DNA of 64,000 nt from Candidatus Omnitrophota bacterium (lineage in GTDB: Bacteria; Omnitrophota; Gorgyraeia; Zapsychrales; Fredricksoniimonadaceae). The stretch lies in contig PEAF01000001.1 of NCBI GenBank assembly GCA_002753465.1, positions 69,455-133,454 of the forward strand, read 5' to 3'. Both the position numbers and the translations under genes were made by a program. The first letter of the stretch is position 1, and each line of letters opens with the position of its first letter. Under the pieces are notes generated by a model. It was not told the DNA's origin. It searched no databases and worked only from the letters and a program-made list of their open reading frames with translations. Shown here in pieces: positions 1 through 8,958 of this stretch.

Positions 1-1182
1 TTTGAACCAGGTTGGGCCATTGAGTTGGCGGGATACCATCATGCAGGTCACGTTATCCCCTACGGCATTGAGCATGGTCGCAGGGGCATCAACAATGGTA
101 CCGATCATGGTTATCAGAGGCAGTGCGGCAATAGGAAACCCGTACAGGGTGATGATCAGCAGTTCTCCGATCATGCCACCCGCTGGAATGCCGCTGATGA
201 CAGTCCCGGATAAAACGGCGATACCGATCGCTGTCAGCCATACATCCCACCCGGTAAAAGGCATTTGAAAAAGTCCAAATAAAAAGGCGATCTTGACGAT
301 GGCCGCCAGGCACGAGCCTTCCATATGGATGGTTGCACCCAAAGGGATAACGACATCCCTGACCTCATCTTTGACACCCAAGATTTTGGCAGCTTCCAGA
401 TTCACCGGGATCGTAGCTACACTGCTGCCGGTAGCCAGGGCCGTTAACGCTGTGGAGGGAATGTTGGCCCAGAAAGATTTGAGGCCTGAACCGGAGGCTG
501 CCCAGTAGACGTATAAAGAGAAGGCAACAAAGAAATAGATCAATGCTGTTGGGAAATAAAGAATGACCACGCGGCCGTACGACCCCATGAGTTGTGGTCC
601 CATGGACCCGACCAGATAGGCCATATAAGCGCCGAGCCCTATAGGCGCATACAGCATGATCAGGCTGATGACACGGGACATGACAACATTGGCTGATATC
701 AGAAAGCGCGCGAAGGATGAGCCTTTTTCTCCTGAGGCGGATGTCGCCCCGCCGACGAATAAAGCGAAGATGATCAAAGGTAAAATATTCTTTTTGGAAA
801 GGATGTCTGAAAAATCCGGCGTGGTGAAAGTTTTGACCAAAGTGTCGGCGGCATTCATGGCCGTTGATGTTACGCCTTCTGGCAGAGGCCATGGGTTTCC
901 GACGAATGGTGGAAAGACTTTGACAACGACGATCATGATCGCTGAAGAAATGATGCCGGTCAGGATAAAAAAGAACATCATCCAGCCCATGATGCGGCCC
1001 AGGCGTTTTGTATCAGACATGGAGGCAATGGCCGATGAAATCGAAAAGAAAATAAGAGGGACAACCGCTGTGAATAAAAGATTAAGGAAAATGTCCCCGA
1101 AAGGTTTCAGGAAAGAGGCCTTTGGCCCAAGGATGAAGCCGAGCGTTATGCCTGATGCGATACCTGCAAGAAGAAATCCCAT
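1..1182 (-). CDS. Dicarboxylate/amino acid:cation symporter (DAACS/SDF family); C-terminus runs off the window
   Basis: My own minus-strand translation from ATG 1182 (AAAGGA about 12 nt upstream, in-frame TAA just before) is open for 394 codons to position 1: MGFLLAGIASGITLGFILGPK... It contains the DAACS hallmarks GSSVATIPV, IPLGATIHMEGS, SGIPAGGMIGELL and DAPATMLNAVGDN. It is absent from the supplied ORF track because there is no stop inside the window. Confidence 0.85.
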   Translation of the reverse strand, partial: MGFLLAGIASGITLGFILGPKASFLKPFGDIFLNLLFTAVVPLIFFSISSAIASMSDTKRLGRIMGWMMFFFILTGIISSAIMIVVVKVFPPFVGNPWPLPEGVTSTAMNAADTLVKTFTTPDFSDILSKKNILPLIIFALFVGGATSASGEKGSSFARFLISANVVMSRVISLIMLYAPIGLGAYMAYLVGSMGPQLMGSYGRVVILYFPTALIYFFVAFSLYVYWAASGSGLKSFWANIPSTALTALATGSSVATIPVNLEAAKILGVKDEVRDVVIPLGATIHMEGSCLAAIVKIAFLFGLFQMPFTGWDVWLTAIGIAVLSGTVISGIPAGGMIGELLIITLYGFPIAALPLITMIGTIVDAPATMLNAVGDNVTCMMVSRQLNGPTWFK

Positions 1183-1232
1183 AATTAAATTTTATCCTTT
1201 GGGGGTGCCATAGGCGCCATTAAAGTTAATAC

Positions 1233-1266
1233 AAAAAAGCCGGGGTACATTTTAATGTATCCCGGC
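1233..1266 (-). terminator. Rho-independent terminator downstream of the zinc-ribbon gene
   Basis: Minus-strand RNA reads GCCGGGAUACAU-UAAA-AUGUACCCCGGC, a 12-bp stem with one G.U pair. UUUUUUG follows immediately (A-run 1233-1238 on the plus strand). Confidence 0.65.
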
Positions 1267-1290
1267 TAGATTGATAAAGGATGCTACGTA

Positions 1291-1458
1291 TTAGCGACCG
1301 CCATCCTTACGCTTTGAAAAACAATCCTTACAATACACAGGACGATCGCCTGATGGCTTGAAAGGAACTTCTGTCTCTTTGTTGCAATCTGCGCAAGTTG
1401 CCTTGTGCATTTCACGTGGTTGTCTGTCGTATTTTCCGCCGCTCTGTGGATAACCCAT
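1291..1458 (-). CDS. Small CxxC-x17-CxxC zinc-ribbon protein (55 aa)
   Basis: MGYPQSGGKYDRQPREMHKATCADCNKETEVPFKPSGDRPVYCKDCFSKRKDGGR has two CxxC pairs separated by exactly 17 residues and Gly/Arg-rich ends. A strong SD (GGAGGTAATATG) precedes the internal ATG at 1458, so the 76-aa track ORF start at 1521 is unlikely. Confidence 0.7.
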   Translation of the reverse strand: MGYPQSGGKYDRQPREMHKATCADCNKETEVPFKPSGDRPVYCKDCFSKRKDGGR

Positions 1459-1543
1459 ATTACCTCCGCTGATTAATTTTAACCTTGAATATATATTACT
1501 TCTTTGGACGTTAGACAGCAAGACATTTAATTAAATGGTTTGA

Positions 1544-2599
1544 TCAACGCTGTGCCCAGCGGAGTATGGCACTTCTTGAACGTGGGTTACCGTATCGTTC
1601 CTGGTGTGTTGCGTAGATAGGTTCACGCCCCATATCGCGGTAAGATCCTGACGCCAGTCCCTCTTCAAAAGACCGGACGACGCGGTTATCTTCGCCGGAA
1701 TGAAATGTCAGAATGGCGACTTTACCGCCGGGATTCAGGCATCCGGGCAGGATCTTTAGGAGTTGATCAAGCACGACCATTTCATTATTAACCGCAATCC
1801 GCAGTGCCTGAAAAGTCCTTCGGATGGACTTTGTACGCTCTTCTTTCTCGGCTTCAGAATCAGCGCGCGGCAAGGCACTTCTTATGGCATCGGCCAGGGC
1901 TGTAGTGGTCAGGATGCGCTCACGGCGTTTGATGATGACCCTGGCGATGCCATGAGCGTAGGGTTCATCGGCATTGTTTTTCAGTATTTTCTCCAGTTCA
2001 CGTTCAGATAATAACTGGATAAAGGCTGATGCAGGCTGTCCCCTATCGGGGTTAAGCCTTAGGTCAAGCGGTCCTTCCGTCTTAAAAGTAAAGCCGCGCT
2101 TAGGGTCATCCAGTTGCATGGACGACACCCCGAGATCTGCCAGGATAAGATCAAATCCCCCACCGACTTCAGGTAATATTTTTGGAATGCCGGCAAAGTT
2201 GATGTTTTTTATCTTGAGTTGATGTTCATTATAACCCAGGGTTCGCAGGCGAACTTCAGTGCGCTTGATCTCGACCGGGTCAACATCGATCCCCCACAGG
2301 CACCCGCCGGGACTGATACGCTTGAGAAGTTCACAGGCATGCCCGCCGTAGCCTAAAGTGGCATCCAGAGCTGTTTGCCCGGGGTGCGGATCAAGGATCT
2401 TGAGGATCTCTTGAACACAGATGGGCCGATGCGATCCGGCCGGTGTTTTTCCGCTTTGGATGATCCTGGCAACATCTTCGGCATACTGTTCGGGTTTGTG
2501 CTCTTTATATTTTTGGTCGAATCGGCGAGGATTCTTGCCGCTGTAGCGTACGCGGCGTTTTTTAACAGGAGGTTCATTATTGCCGGCAGGGATCGTCAT
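1544..2599 (-). CDS. rsmH: 16S rRNA (cytosine1402-N4)-methyltransferase RsmH/MraW, with a basic N-terminal extension
   Basis: Carries RsmH motifs HRPICVQEIL, DATLGYGGH, DLGVSSMQLDDPKRGF, GPLDLRLNP, LTFHSGEDNRVV and NPRSRSAILR. About 55 Lys/Arg-rich residues precede the conserved His. Confidence 0.9.
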   Translation of the reverse strand: MTIPAGNNEPPVKKRRVRYSGKNPRRFDQKYKEHKPEQYAEDVARIIQSGKTPAGSHRPICVQEILKILDPHPGQTALDATLGYGGHACELLKRISPGGCLWGIDVDPVEIKRTEVRLRTLGYNEHQLKIKNINFAGIPKILPEVGGGFDLILADLGVSSMQLDDPKRGFTFKTEGPLDLRLNPDRGQPASAFIQLLSERELEKILKNNADEPYAHGIARVIIKRRERILTTTALADAIRSALPRADSEAEKEERTKSIRRTFQALRIAVNNEMVVLDQLLKILPGCLNPGGKVAILTFHSGEDNRVVRSFEEGLASGSYRDMGREPIYATHQERYGNPRSRSAILRWAQR

Positions 2600-3024
2600 G
2601 GTTGCTCATCTATAAAGTTACAGAGCCTGATAAGGTCAGCTTCATAGTCCTCCATCAGCCACTCATCGTCAAATGGATAAGGATTCGGGCTTTTTAAGAT
2701 ATCAGGCCATGGATCGTTGATGGAAACGATCACCTTGTCATTACAGAATTGGTCTGCGGTTAGATCAATGTGATGGCCATCCACTAGAGCCCAGGCGTGA
2801 GAGTGGCCGGGTTTGATCTCAGCATTGGCCAGCAAGAAAAGTTGCTTCGATCCTACCAGGCGATTTTTCTTAAGGTAGTACAAACAACATAAAGATGCTA
2901 TCTGGCAGCAATCTTTGGGAAAATTCATTAACACCGAGCAGCGATTCAGCTCTCGGGCAAAGGGCACAGCCTCGAGCTTAGCCCTTATATGTGCGGCGAT
3001 CTTTTTCAGGTTTGCAGCGTCCAT
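2596..3024 (-). CDS. Hypothetical protein (142 aa), Cys/His-rich core
   Basis: An intact ORF whose stop overlaps the rsmH start (ATGA at 2596-2599), which suggests translational coupling. I recognise no family; it contains DCCQIASLCC and HSHAWALVDGHHIDL. Confidence 0.5.
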   Translation of the reverse strand: MDAANLKKIAAHIRAKLEAVPFARELNRCSVLMNFPKDCCQIASLCCLYYLKKNRLVGSKQLFLLANAEIKPGHSHAWALVDGHHIDLTADQFCNDKVIVSINDPWPDILKSPNPYPFDDEWLMEDYEADLIRLCNFIDEQP

Positions 3025-3045
3025 AAGTAATGTTAGCCGTATGTT

Positions 3046-4866
3046 TTATTCTTTCAGGACTTTATAAATATCTAAAATGTACCCACCCAGCTGCTGATGC
3101 AAAGTTAATTCCAAATGCCCTTGGAAATTTGAGGCTAACATTGCTTTTGTATAATAATCTGGGAATAATTCCCAATCCCAAAGGTATTGGTTGCCCTTAT
3201 CGTATACCAAATAGAGCCAATCAACATCGTTTAAAGTTTTGATCGAACTTAAAGGCCGTGCCCAACTGACTATAGCCAACTTTTTAGCAAAAGCGTTAGC
3301 ATCAACATGGAAGTCCCTGGAGATATAATTTTTGACCAGATCTACCCTTGCTTTCATCAGTATTTCAGTTTTGTTGATAGGGTCAGCCCAACCGTTAACG
3401 ATCATATAGTTACAGAATTTCTCCCAATCGATCCCTAACCCTTCAATATCATTCTTAAAGAACATGCCGTTATTAAGTGATGGAATATCACGGAAAATCC
3501 TTTTACGGGGATTTTCCTGATTCATTCTTTTGAGCTCTGCGCCGAGATCAGGATAAGACATTCCTCTGAAATACTGCGGTCCATGGTAATAGTAAACAAA
3601 CAGAGGGAGGAATAAATCTGTATCGATCTCAATGCTGATTTTTTGTTCAGGAAGGGTCTTGAATTCTCGGGCAGTTTTCGCCAGTACCGCCACGTCCGCC
3701 GGATAACCGGTTATAGTCTTCGAAGAATTGGGATTGAAATGGACCAGATAAACGGTAATTAATGAAAAAATCAGCACACAGGCTGTCAAGATATGGCGTT
3801 TTCGTGACCTAAGGTTCTGTAAAAATACGGCCACCAGGATAAACCAGGGGAAAAGATAGCTGAAGAAATACCTCGATCGCATGGGATCACAAACTTTATA
3901 TGTCAGGAAAGTGACCGTGCTTAAGGGTAACAGCAGGATAATTACCAAGGAGATGAGATAACGGCCCTGGGGATCGTTTTTCTTTAATAAAATGACAGAA
4001 TATCTAATTGCCGCGATCAAAAGTACGAGGAATAACAGGAAAAAAGGAAGATTAGAAAATGGAGTAACCATTCTCTCCAGCAAAGATGACCAGACCTCCC
4101 CACCGGGTAACTGGTTGGAGGAACTTACCGCCACTTCCCTGTAAAGGTCTTCTTTGAGATGTTTTGCCCATGGGATCAAGGCAAACGGGGTCAAAACGAT
4201 CCACCAGGTCAAAGCACGGTGCGCCCTGTTACGGAATAAGAAAATCAGTAAAAGAAATTCAATAAGGATAACAAAGATCCCAAAGTAAAATGTATAAAGG
4301 ATCGCGGTGTTAACGACGAATAATCCTAAATAAGTCCATACACGATGATCTTTGAACTTTACGAAACGGAAAAATATATAAAATGAAATAATAGTCAGTG
4401 CATTCAATAAAGAATAGTGCCGGATCATTTTGGCGTAAATTATGTACGAATGATTTACTACAGCGAAGAATACGGCATACAGCGCTACGATCTTGTCAAA
4501 AAGCAGAACACAAAGCTTATAAATGAAGAAGATGGCTATCCCCGTGAAGACCAGTGACAAGAAACGAGGGAGGATCAAATTCTGGCCTGAAATATCCCAG
4601 AAGAAATGCAGCACCGTTTCATATAACGGCGGGAGGGTATTAAAATAAAACTTGTTCGCATGGCTATCCATGCTCCAGATCATACTCAGCGGACGTTGTG
4701 CAATGTTGATGCTGAAGAATTCGTCGATCCATAGAAGGTAATCATTTATATTATAAAACCACAGCAGTCCCATCAAAATGAACATCAAAAGTAAAGAATA
4801 TTGCGATGAGAAAATAGCGGTCAATTTTTTATGGCCGGTATCTATCAGTTCTTGCAGTTCTATCAT
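3046..4866 (-). CDS. GT-C fold membrane glycosyltransferase (PMT_2/ArnT-like) with a C-terminal soluble domain
   Basis: It has many predicted TM helices and a first-loop acidic motif WIDEFFS like the D-E motif of GT39/GT83 enzymes. Its C-terminal tail (GGYILDIYKV) resembles those of the paralogs at 16862-18502 and 20008-21645. Confidence 0.7.
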   Translation of the reverse strand: MIELQELIDTGHKKLTAIFSSQYSLLLMFILMGLLWFYNINDYLLWIDEFFSINIAQRPLSMIWSMDSHANKFYFNTLPPLYETVLHFFWDISGQNLILPRFLSLVFTGIAIFFIYKLCVLLFDKIVALYAVFFAVVNHSYIIYAKMIRHYSLLNALTIISFYIFFRFVKFKDHRVWTYLGLFVVNTAILYTFYFGIFVILIEFLLLIFLFRNRAHRALTWWIVLTPFALIPWAKHLKEDLYREVAVSSSNQLPGGEVWSSLLERMVTPFSNLPFFLLFLVLLIAAIRYSVILLKKNDPQGRYLISLVIILLLPLSTVTFLTYKVCDPMRSRYFFSYLFPWFILVAVFLQNLRSRKRHILTACVLIFSLITVYLVHFNPNSSKTITGYPADVAVLAKTAREFKTLPEQKISIEIDTDLFLPLFVYYYHGPQYFRGMSYPDLGAELKRMNQENPRKRIFRDIPSLNNGMFFKNDIEGLGIDWEKFCNYMIVNGWADPINKTEILMKARVDLVKNYISRDFHVDANAFAKKLAIVSWARPLSSIKTLNDVDWLYLVYDKGNQYLWDWELFPDYYTKAMLASNFQGHLELTLHQQLGGYILDIYKVLKE

Positions 4867-4899
4867 CAGAACCTCATTTGGTTTAGGAACATGCGGGTT

Positions 4900-6390
4900 T
4901 TAATGAACCCTTGTAGTTAAATACCTGAATAACTTTCTTAAGAAGAATTCCATGCATTTTATACCCATAAGTATGAAAAATACGATCCGTGACAATATTT
5001 TAACAAAGACAGCTTTGATGCCGGGCCGTGTGCCGGGCAGTTCAGGTCTTTTCGTTGGCCTGAAGAAAGCGGACTGGATGGTTCTGTTAGCATAAGTACA
5101 TAAGTATGCCCAGAAAATATCATCACGGATCTCTGATTCTGAGGTCCCTTCAGGTACATACGGCAGATGTTGCTTGTACCAAAAGATATTCAAAAAGGTT
5201 ACAATGGCGTTAAAATTCTGGTATTCCTTCTCTACAAATAGACGGCTATCTTTTTTAGCTAATTGATAGAGTTCTGTCCCCGGATACGGAACAGCATTGT
5301 TAAACTTTACCTGGTCTAGTTTTAGTTCTTTGGCCAGGTCTATGGCGGCCATCCGGTCGTCATGTTTCTCGCCAGGCAAACCAAACATGAATGTAGCGGT
5401 AACCTCAAAGCCAATTGATTTGGCAAGACGGATAGCATCACAGATTTGACGAAGCGTTTCACCTTTTTTGATCAATTTCATGACATCTTCAGAAACGGTT
5501 TCAATACCGAAACCGATCTTATAAAAACCAGCGGTAAAAAGTTCCTTCAAAAGATCCGGGTCAGCATTATCGCCGCGGCCTTGACAGCTGAATAAAGCAC
5601 GATGGTGCAAGCCGCGCGTTTTGATCCCGTCGATCAAATCCATGGCCCTTGCTTTGTTAAACCAGAAATTATCGTCCTGAAAATCGATTTCACGGACGCC
5701 GTAATGATTTATGAGCAGGTCCAATTCCTGTAAAACAAGCGCCGTCGGACGAAATCGGTAGTGCTTACCCGTGGTGAGTTGATTGCTGCAAAAAATACAA
5801 TTATAAGGGCATCCGCGTGAGGTCCGTATAAACCCAAGATCATAGCGCTTAGGATCGAACCTATGGTATGGAAAGGGCGGAAATGAATCGATGTTTAAAC
5901 AGCCGCCGAGAGGGTTATGGATGAACAGATCCTTTTGCCGGTAGGATATCCCTTCCAGGGATTGCCAGGGCCCCTTATTTTTTAAATGCCGGTATAAGGC
6001 TGGTAAAACACCCTCTCCCTCACCGCGTACAACGATGTCCACCTCAGGATGCGACAGACAATCTTCAGGCATGGATGTAGGGTGTATGCCGCCAAAGATA
6101 ATGAAGCAGTCAGGGTATTTTTCTTTGAGTCTCTGAGCCATTGTCAAAGCGACATGAAAAGAAGCGGTCAGGACGCTGAAGCCGAAGATATAAGGAGGTT
6201 TCAATGACGTTGTAAGTGTGCAGATACGCTGGAACGAATCAGGATCAATTTGCTCATCTACGATGTGCGCTGTGATCCCATCTCTTTCACATACAGCCAG
6301 AAGGTAACCGATGCCCATAGGCAGGAGGGTTTGCTTAACGGGTTGAAATATCCCGGCATTATCGCGTGGCGAAGGATTAATGAGTATCAT
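4900..6390 (-). CDS. B12-binding-domain radical SAM enzyme (class B type)
   Basis: The N-terminal Rossmann-type segment LLPMGIGYLLAVCERDGITAHIVDEQ is followed by the radical SAM cluster motif SRGCPYNCIFCSN. The C-terminal tail is hydrophobic (AVFVKILSRIVFFILMGIKCMEFFL). Confidence 0.85.
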   Translation of the reverse strand: MILINPSPRDNAGIFQPVKQTLLPMGIGYLLAVCERDGITAHIVDEQIDPDSFQRICTLTTSLKPPYIFGFSVLTASFHVALTMAQRLKEKYPDCFIIFGGIHPTSMPEDCLSHPEVDIVVRGEGEGVLPALYRHLKNKGPWQSLEGISYRQKDLFIHNPLGGCLNIDSFPPFPYHRFDPKRYDLGFIRTSRGCPYNCIFCSNQLTTGKHYRFRPTALVLQELDLLINHYGVREIDFQDDNFWFNKARAMDLIDGIKTRGLHHRALFSCQGRGDNADPDLLKELFTAGFYKIGFGIETVSEDVMKLIKKGETLRQICDAIRLAKSIGFEVTATFMFGLPGEKHDDRMAAIDLAKELKLDQVKFNNAVPYPGTELYQLAKKDSRLFVEKEYQNFNAIVTFLNIFWYKQHLPYVPEGTSESEIRDDIFWAYLCTYANRTIQSAFFRPTKRPELPGTRPGIKAVFVKILSRIVFFILMGIKCMEFFLRKLFRYLTTRVH

Positions 6391-6502
6391 ATGCTATTAT
6401 CCGTAGATAAAGATTCATGTTTTTTCATTGTCTCGACAATGTCATCTGTTAAAATGATAAGAATTTGTATGAGAATTCCAGTAATCTTGAAAAGGATACA
6501 CC

Positions 6503-6937
6503 ATGAGTAAGGCGATCAGTAAAAAAGCTATTCAGGCCCCCACACACCTTAATGACCCTGTTGACTATAAGAAAGCTTTCTCCAGAGGTTTACGCGTTTC
6601 CCCGGGTAACAGGGATTTTATTTTTATGTCAGGCACTGCAAGCTTGAACAATAAAGGTGAAACTTGCCACAAAGGCAATTTCACGGCTCAGGCAAAACGT
6701 ACTTTTGAAAACCTGACTGCCCTTTTAAAATCAGAAAAAGCTGACTGGCACGACGTGATCCATACGCGCTGCTATTTAAAGAGCATGAAATATTATAAAC
6801 AATTCAATGATGTCAGAAATCAATTCTATCAAGATCAGGCGCTTGACCCGTTCCCTGCCAGTGTTTGTGTGCAAGCCGTTCTTTGCCGCCCTGAGTTGCT
6901 TGTTGAGATCGAACTTATTGCCATATTGAAGAAGTAA
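6503..6937 (+). CDS. RidA/YjgF/TdcF-family reactive-intermediate deaminase
   Basis: FMSGTASLNNKGE...AQAKRTFENLTALL...VIHTRCYLKSM...PASVCVQAVLCRPELLVEIELIA follows the YjgF/RidA pattern. AAAGGA SD. The 3' end overlaps the convergent gene by 23 nt. Confidence 0.8.
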   Translation: MSKAISKKAIQAPTHLNDPVDYKKAFSRGLRVSPGNRDFIFMSGTASLNNKGETCHKGNFTAQAKRTFENLTALLKSEKADWHDVIHTRCYLKSMKYYKQFNDVRNQFYQDQALDPFPASVCVQAVLCRPELLVEIELIAILKK

Positions 6938-8015
6938 TATCTCCGTAGCTATCAACCAGAGCGAATCCGCAATGTAAGGCAAAGCTTTCTGGGTGGCAAT
7001 GACCGCTCAGAACGCCATGTTTAAAATATGAATGAGTTTTACAGCCGCCGTCACATTGTTTAAATGAGGTGCAAGCCAGGCATCGAGCGGCTGGCGTGTA
7101 CTCCTGCTTTTGTTTTATTTTAAAGAGCTTGTAGATCACGTTTAAATCTTCCGTCAGAACATTACCCAGTGAAAACTTTTCAGGTAAGAACGGACACGGT
7201 AAAACTTCACCTGAAGCTGTTACAGACAATGCTTTTTTATAACACGCACAGCCACCGCTCGCCGCAATAAAAGGCAGGCCTTTCTTTGTTAGGAAATCCC
7301 TAATTACGGCTTCGGCTTGTTCTGTTGCCAGGGCATACGCCTCGTCGGACAATTCAAACATCGCATTAACCTCAGCTGAGGCTACAGCGACATAGCGTTC
7401 AAAGACAGGGAAAGTACCTAAGGCCAATGATCTGGACACAATGCCGGCAATGTCGGCTGAATTATCTTTAAGCAGCGGTGTAAAAGTGATCACGCGCAGG
7501 CCATTGTGGCGACAAGCCCGGATATTTTCTTCTATGTGGGAAAGACTGAAGCGTGATTGTTGTGTATGGAGTTTGTACAGCGCATCATTCGCGTCATATT
7601 TCACCACAAGCAATGGATCGTACGTCTTTAAGCGGCGGATCATTTCAGCAGCTAATAATGAACCGTTGGTATAAATAAACGGTTGCATGTGCAGTGACTT
7701 GATCTTGTCCAGGATCACCCACAAAGACGCCGACAAAAGCGGTTCTCCACCTAAAAGAGCAATCTTTTTTACGCCCAAGGCTTTGGCGTGGCCAATAACA
7801 GTCAGCCAGTCGTCTTCTGTTAATGAGGTAGTATTCTTATCGACGTAACAGTAGGTGCATTGGTAGTTACAGGTATGTGATAAGTGCAGTTCGAGCTTTT
7901 CTAAAGCATGAGGTGCTTTCGAGCGATAGACCTGTACTAGTTTTGTACAAAGGTTTTCGCCGCCCAAGAAATAGACAGTCCGTAAGAAACAGCGTAACAG
8001 TCTATTGGCGATCAT
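6915..8015 (-). CDS. Radical SAM enzyme with a full SPASM auxiliary-cluster domain
   Basis: SHTCNYQCTYCY supplies CxxxCxxC. The C-terminus has C-x10-G-x4-C (CYKKALSVTASGEVLPC) and CLACTSFKQCDGGC (CX2CX5CX3C). The start overlaps the stop of the upstream cysK-like gene by 4 nt. Confidence 0.85.
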   Translation of the reverse strand: MIANRLLRCFLRTVYFLGGENLCTKLVQVYRSKAPHALEKLELHLSHTCNYQCTYCYVDKNTTSLTEDDWLTVIGHAKALGVKKIALLGGEPLLSASLWVILDKIKSLHMQPFIYTNGSLLAAEMIRRLKTYDPLLVVKYDANDALYKLHTQQSRFSLSHIEENIRACRHNGLRVITFTPLLKDNSADIAGIVSRSLALGTFPVFERYVAVASAEVNAMFELSDEAYALATEQAEAVIRDFLTKKGLPFIAASGGCACYKKALSVTASGEVLPCPFLPEKFSLGNVLTEDLNVIYKLFKIKQKQEYTPAARCLACTSFKQCDGGCKTHSYFKHGVLSGHCHPESFALHCGFALVDSYGDITSSIWQ

Positions 8016-8941
8016 GTTAAACCGAATAATTTTGTTGAAAGATAACGGTCACCGCCATCAGGCAGAATGACAACGATCTTCTTGCCGGCGTTTTCGGTAC
8101 GTTGGGCTAAGTGTAAAGCCGCCCACATAGCCGCTCCACAGGAAAAGCCGCCCATGATCCCTTCTTGAGCCGCTAATTGGCGTGCAGTTTTCTTGATATC
8201 CGTATCATGCACATGGATGTATTCATCAACAAGCCTTTGATCGAACACCTCGGCTGCCGGCTCAAGGCCAGTCCTCAGGATCCTTTGCCACCAATGAGGA
8301 TTGGGTGATGATAAAGGAAAATCATCCAACACAACAGCTATGGCTTTTATGGCGGGATTATGCACTTTTAAGGCCTGAGCTAATCCTGTAAACGTACCGC
8401 CGGTTCCGACACCCGTTACAAGAATATCCACATTCCCGCTCATATCTTGCCATATTTCCTGTGCTGTAGTTTTGCGATGTATCTCAGGATTTATGGGATT
8501 TTTGAATTGATGAAGCAAGACGGAGTTAGGCGTAGTGGAAGCTAAGCGCTCAGCCTTGCGTATGGCGCCGCTCATGCCCTGCCATCCCGGTGTCACGATG
8601 ACATCCGCGCCTAATGCCCGTAATATTTTATAACGTTCAGCTGGCATGCTTCCAGGGATCGTAACGATCAGCCGGTAACCTTTTACAGCGGCGATACCAG
8701 CCAAAGCAATACCTGTATTGCCGCTTGTCGGCTCTATGATAACTGAGTCGGACTTGAGAATGCCCCGCTTGTGGGCATCATCGATCATGGCCAGCGCGAC
8801 ACGGTCCTTCACACTGCCAAAAGGATTAAAGGATTCCAGTTTGGCGTAAATTTCAGCATGCAGTCCCTTTGTAATGCGATTAAGTTTTACCAGGGGCGTT
8901 TTACCGATAGCTTGAGTTACGTCAGGATAATTTTCCAACAA
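8012..8941 (-). CDS. CysK/CysM/CBS-family PLP-dependent beta-replacement enzyme (cysteine synthase-like)
   Basis: Carries NPFGSVKDR (PLP lysine), TSGNTGIALA, GVGTGGTFTG and GFSCGAA. The region that normally reads GPHKIQGIG is divergent here (NPHWWQRILRTGLEP). Confidence 0.8.
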   Translation of the reverse strand: MLENYPDVTQAIGKTPLVKLNRITKGLHAEIYAKLESFNPFGSVKDRVALAMIDDAHKRGILKSDSVIIEPTSGNTGIALAGIAAVKGYRLIVTIPGSMPAERYKILRALGADVIVTPGWQGMSGAIRKAERLASTTPNSVLLHQFKNPINPEIHRKTTAQEIWQDMSGNVDILVTGVGTGGTFTGLAQALKVHNPAIKAIAVVLDDFPLSSPNPHWWQRILRTGLEPAAEVFDQRLVDEYIHVHDTDIKKTARQLAAQEGIMGGFSCGAAMWAALHLAQRTENAGKKIVVILPDGGDRYLSTKLFGLT

Positions 8942-8958
8942 ACTTGTTACCTCTCAAA

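Noticed and set aside
2-1213. Track ORFs 2-268(+), 25-213(+), 89-313(-), 293-508(+), 365-892(-) and 656-1213(+).
   Set aside because: All overlap the 394-codon DAACS transporter frame on the minus strand. Their translations are Arg/Pro/Met-rich with no recognisable motifs, so they are frame shadows.
1459-1521. N-terminal 21-residue extension of the zinc-ribbon ORF (track start 1521).
   Set aside because: The GGAGG Shine-Dalgarno sequence sits immediately before the internal ATG at 1458, and the extension would include the SD itself.
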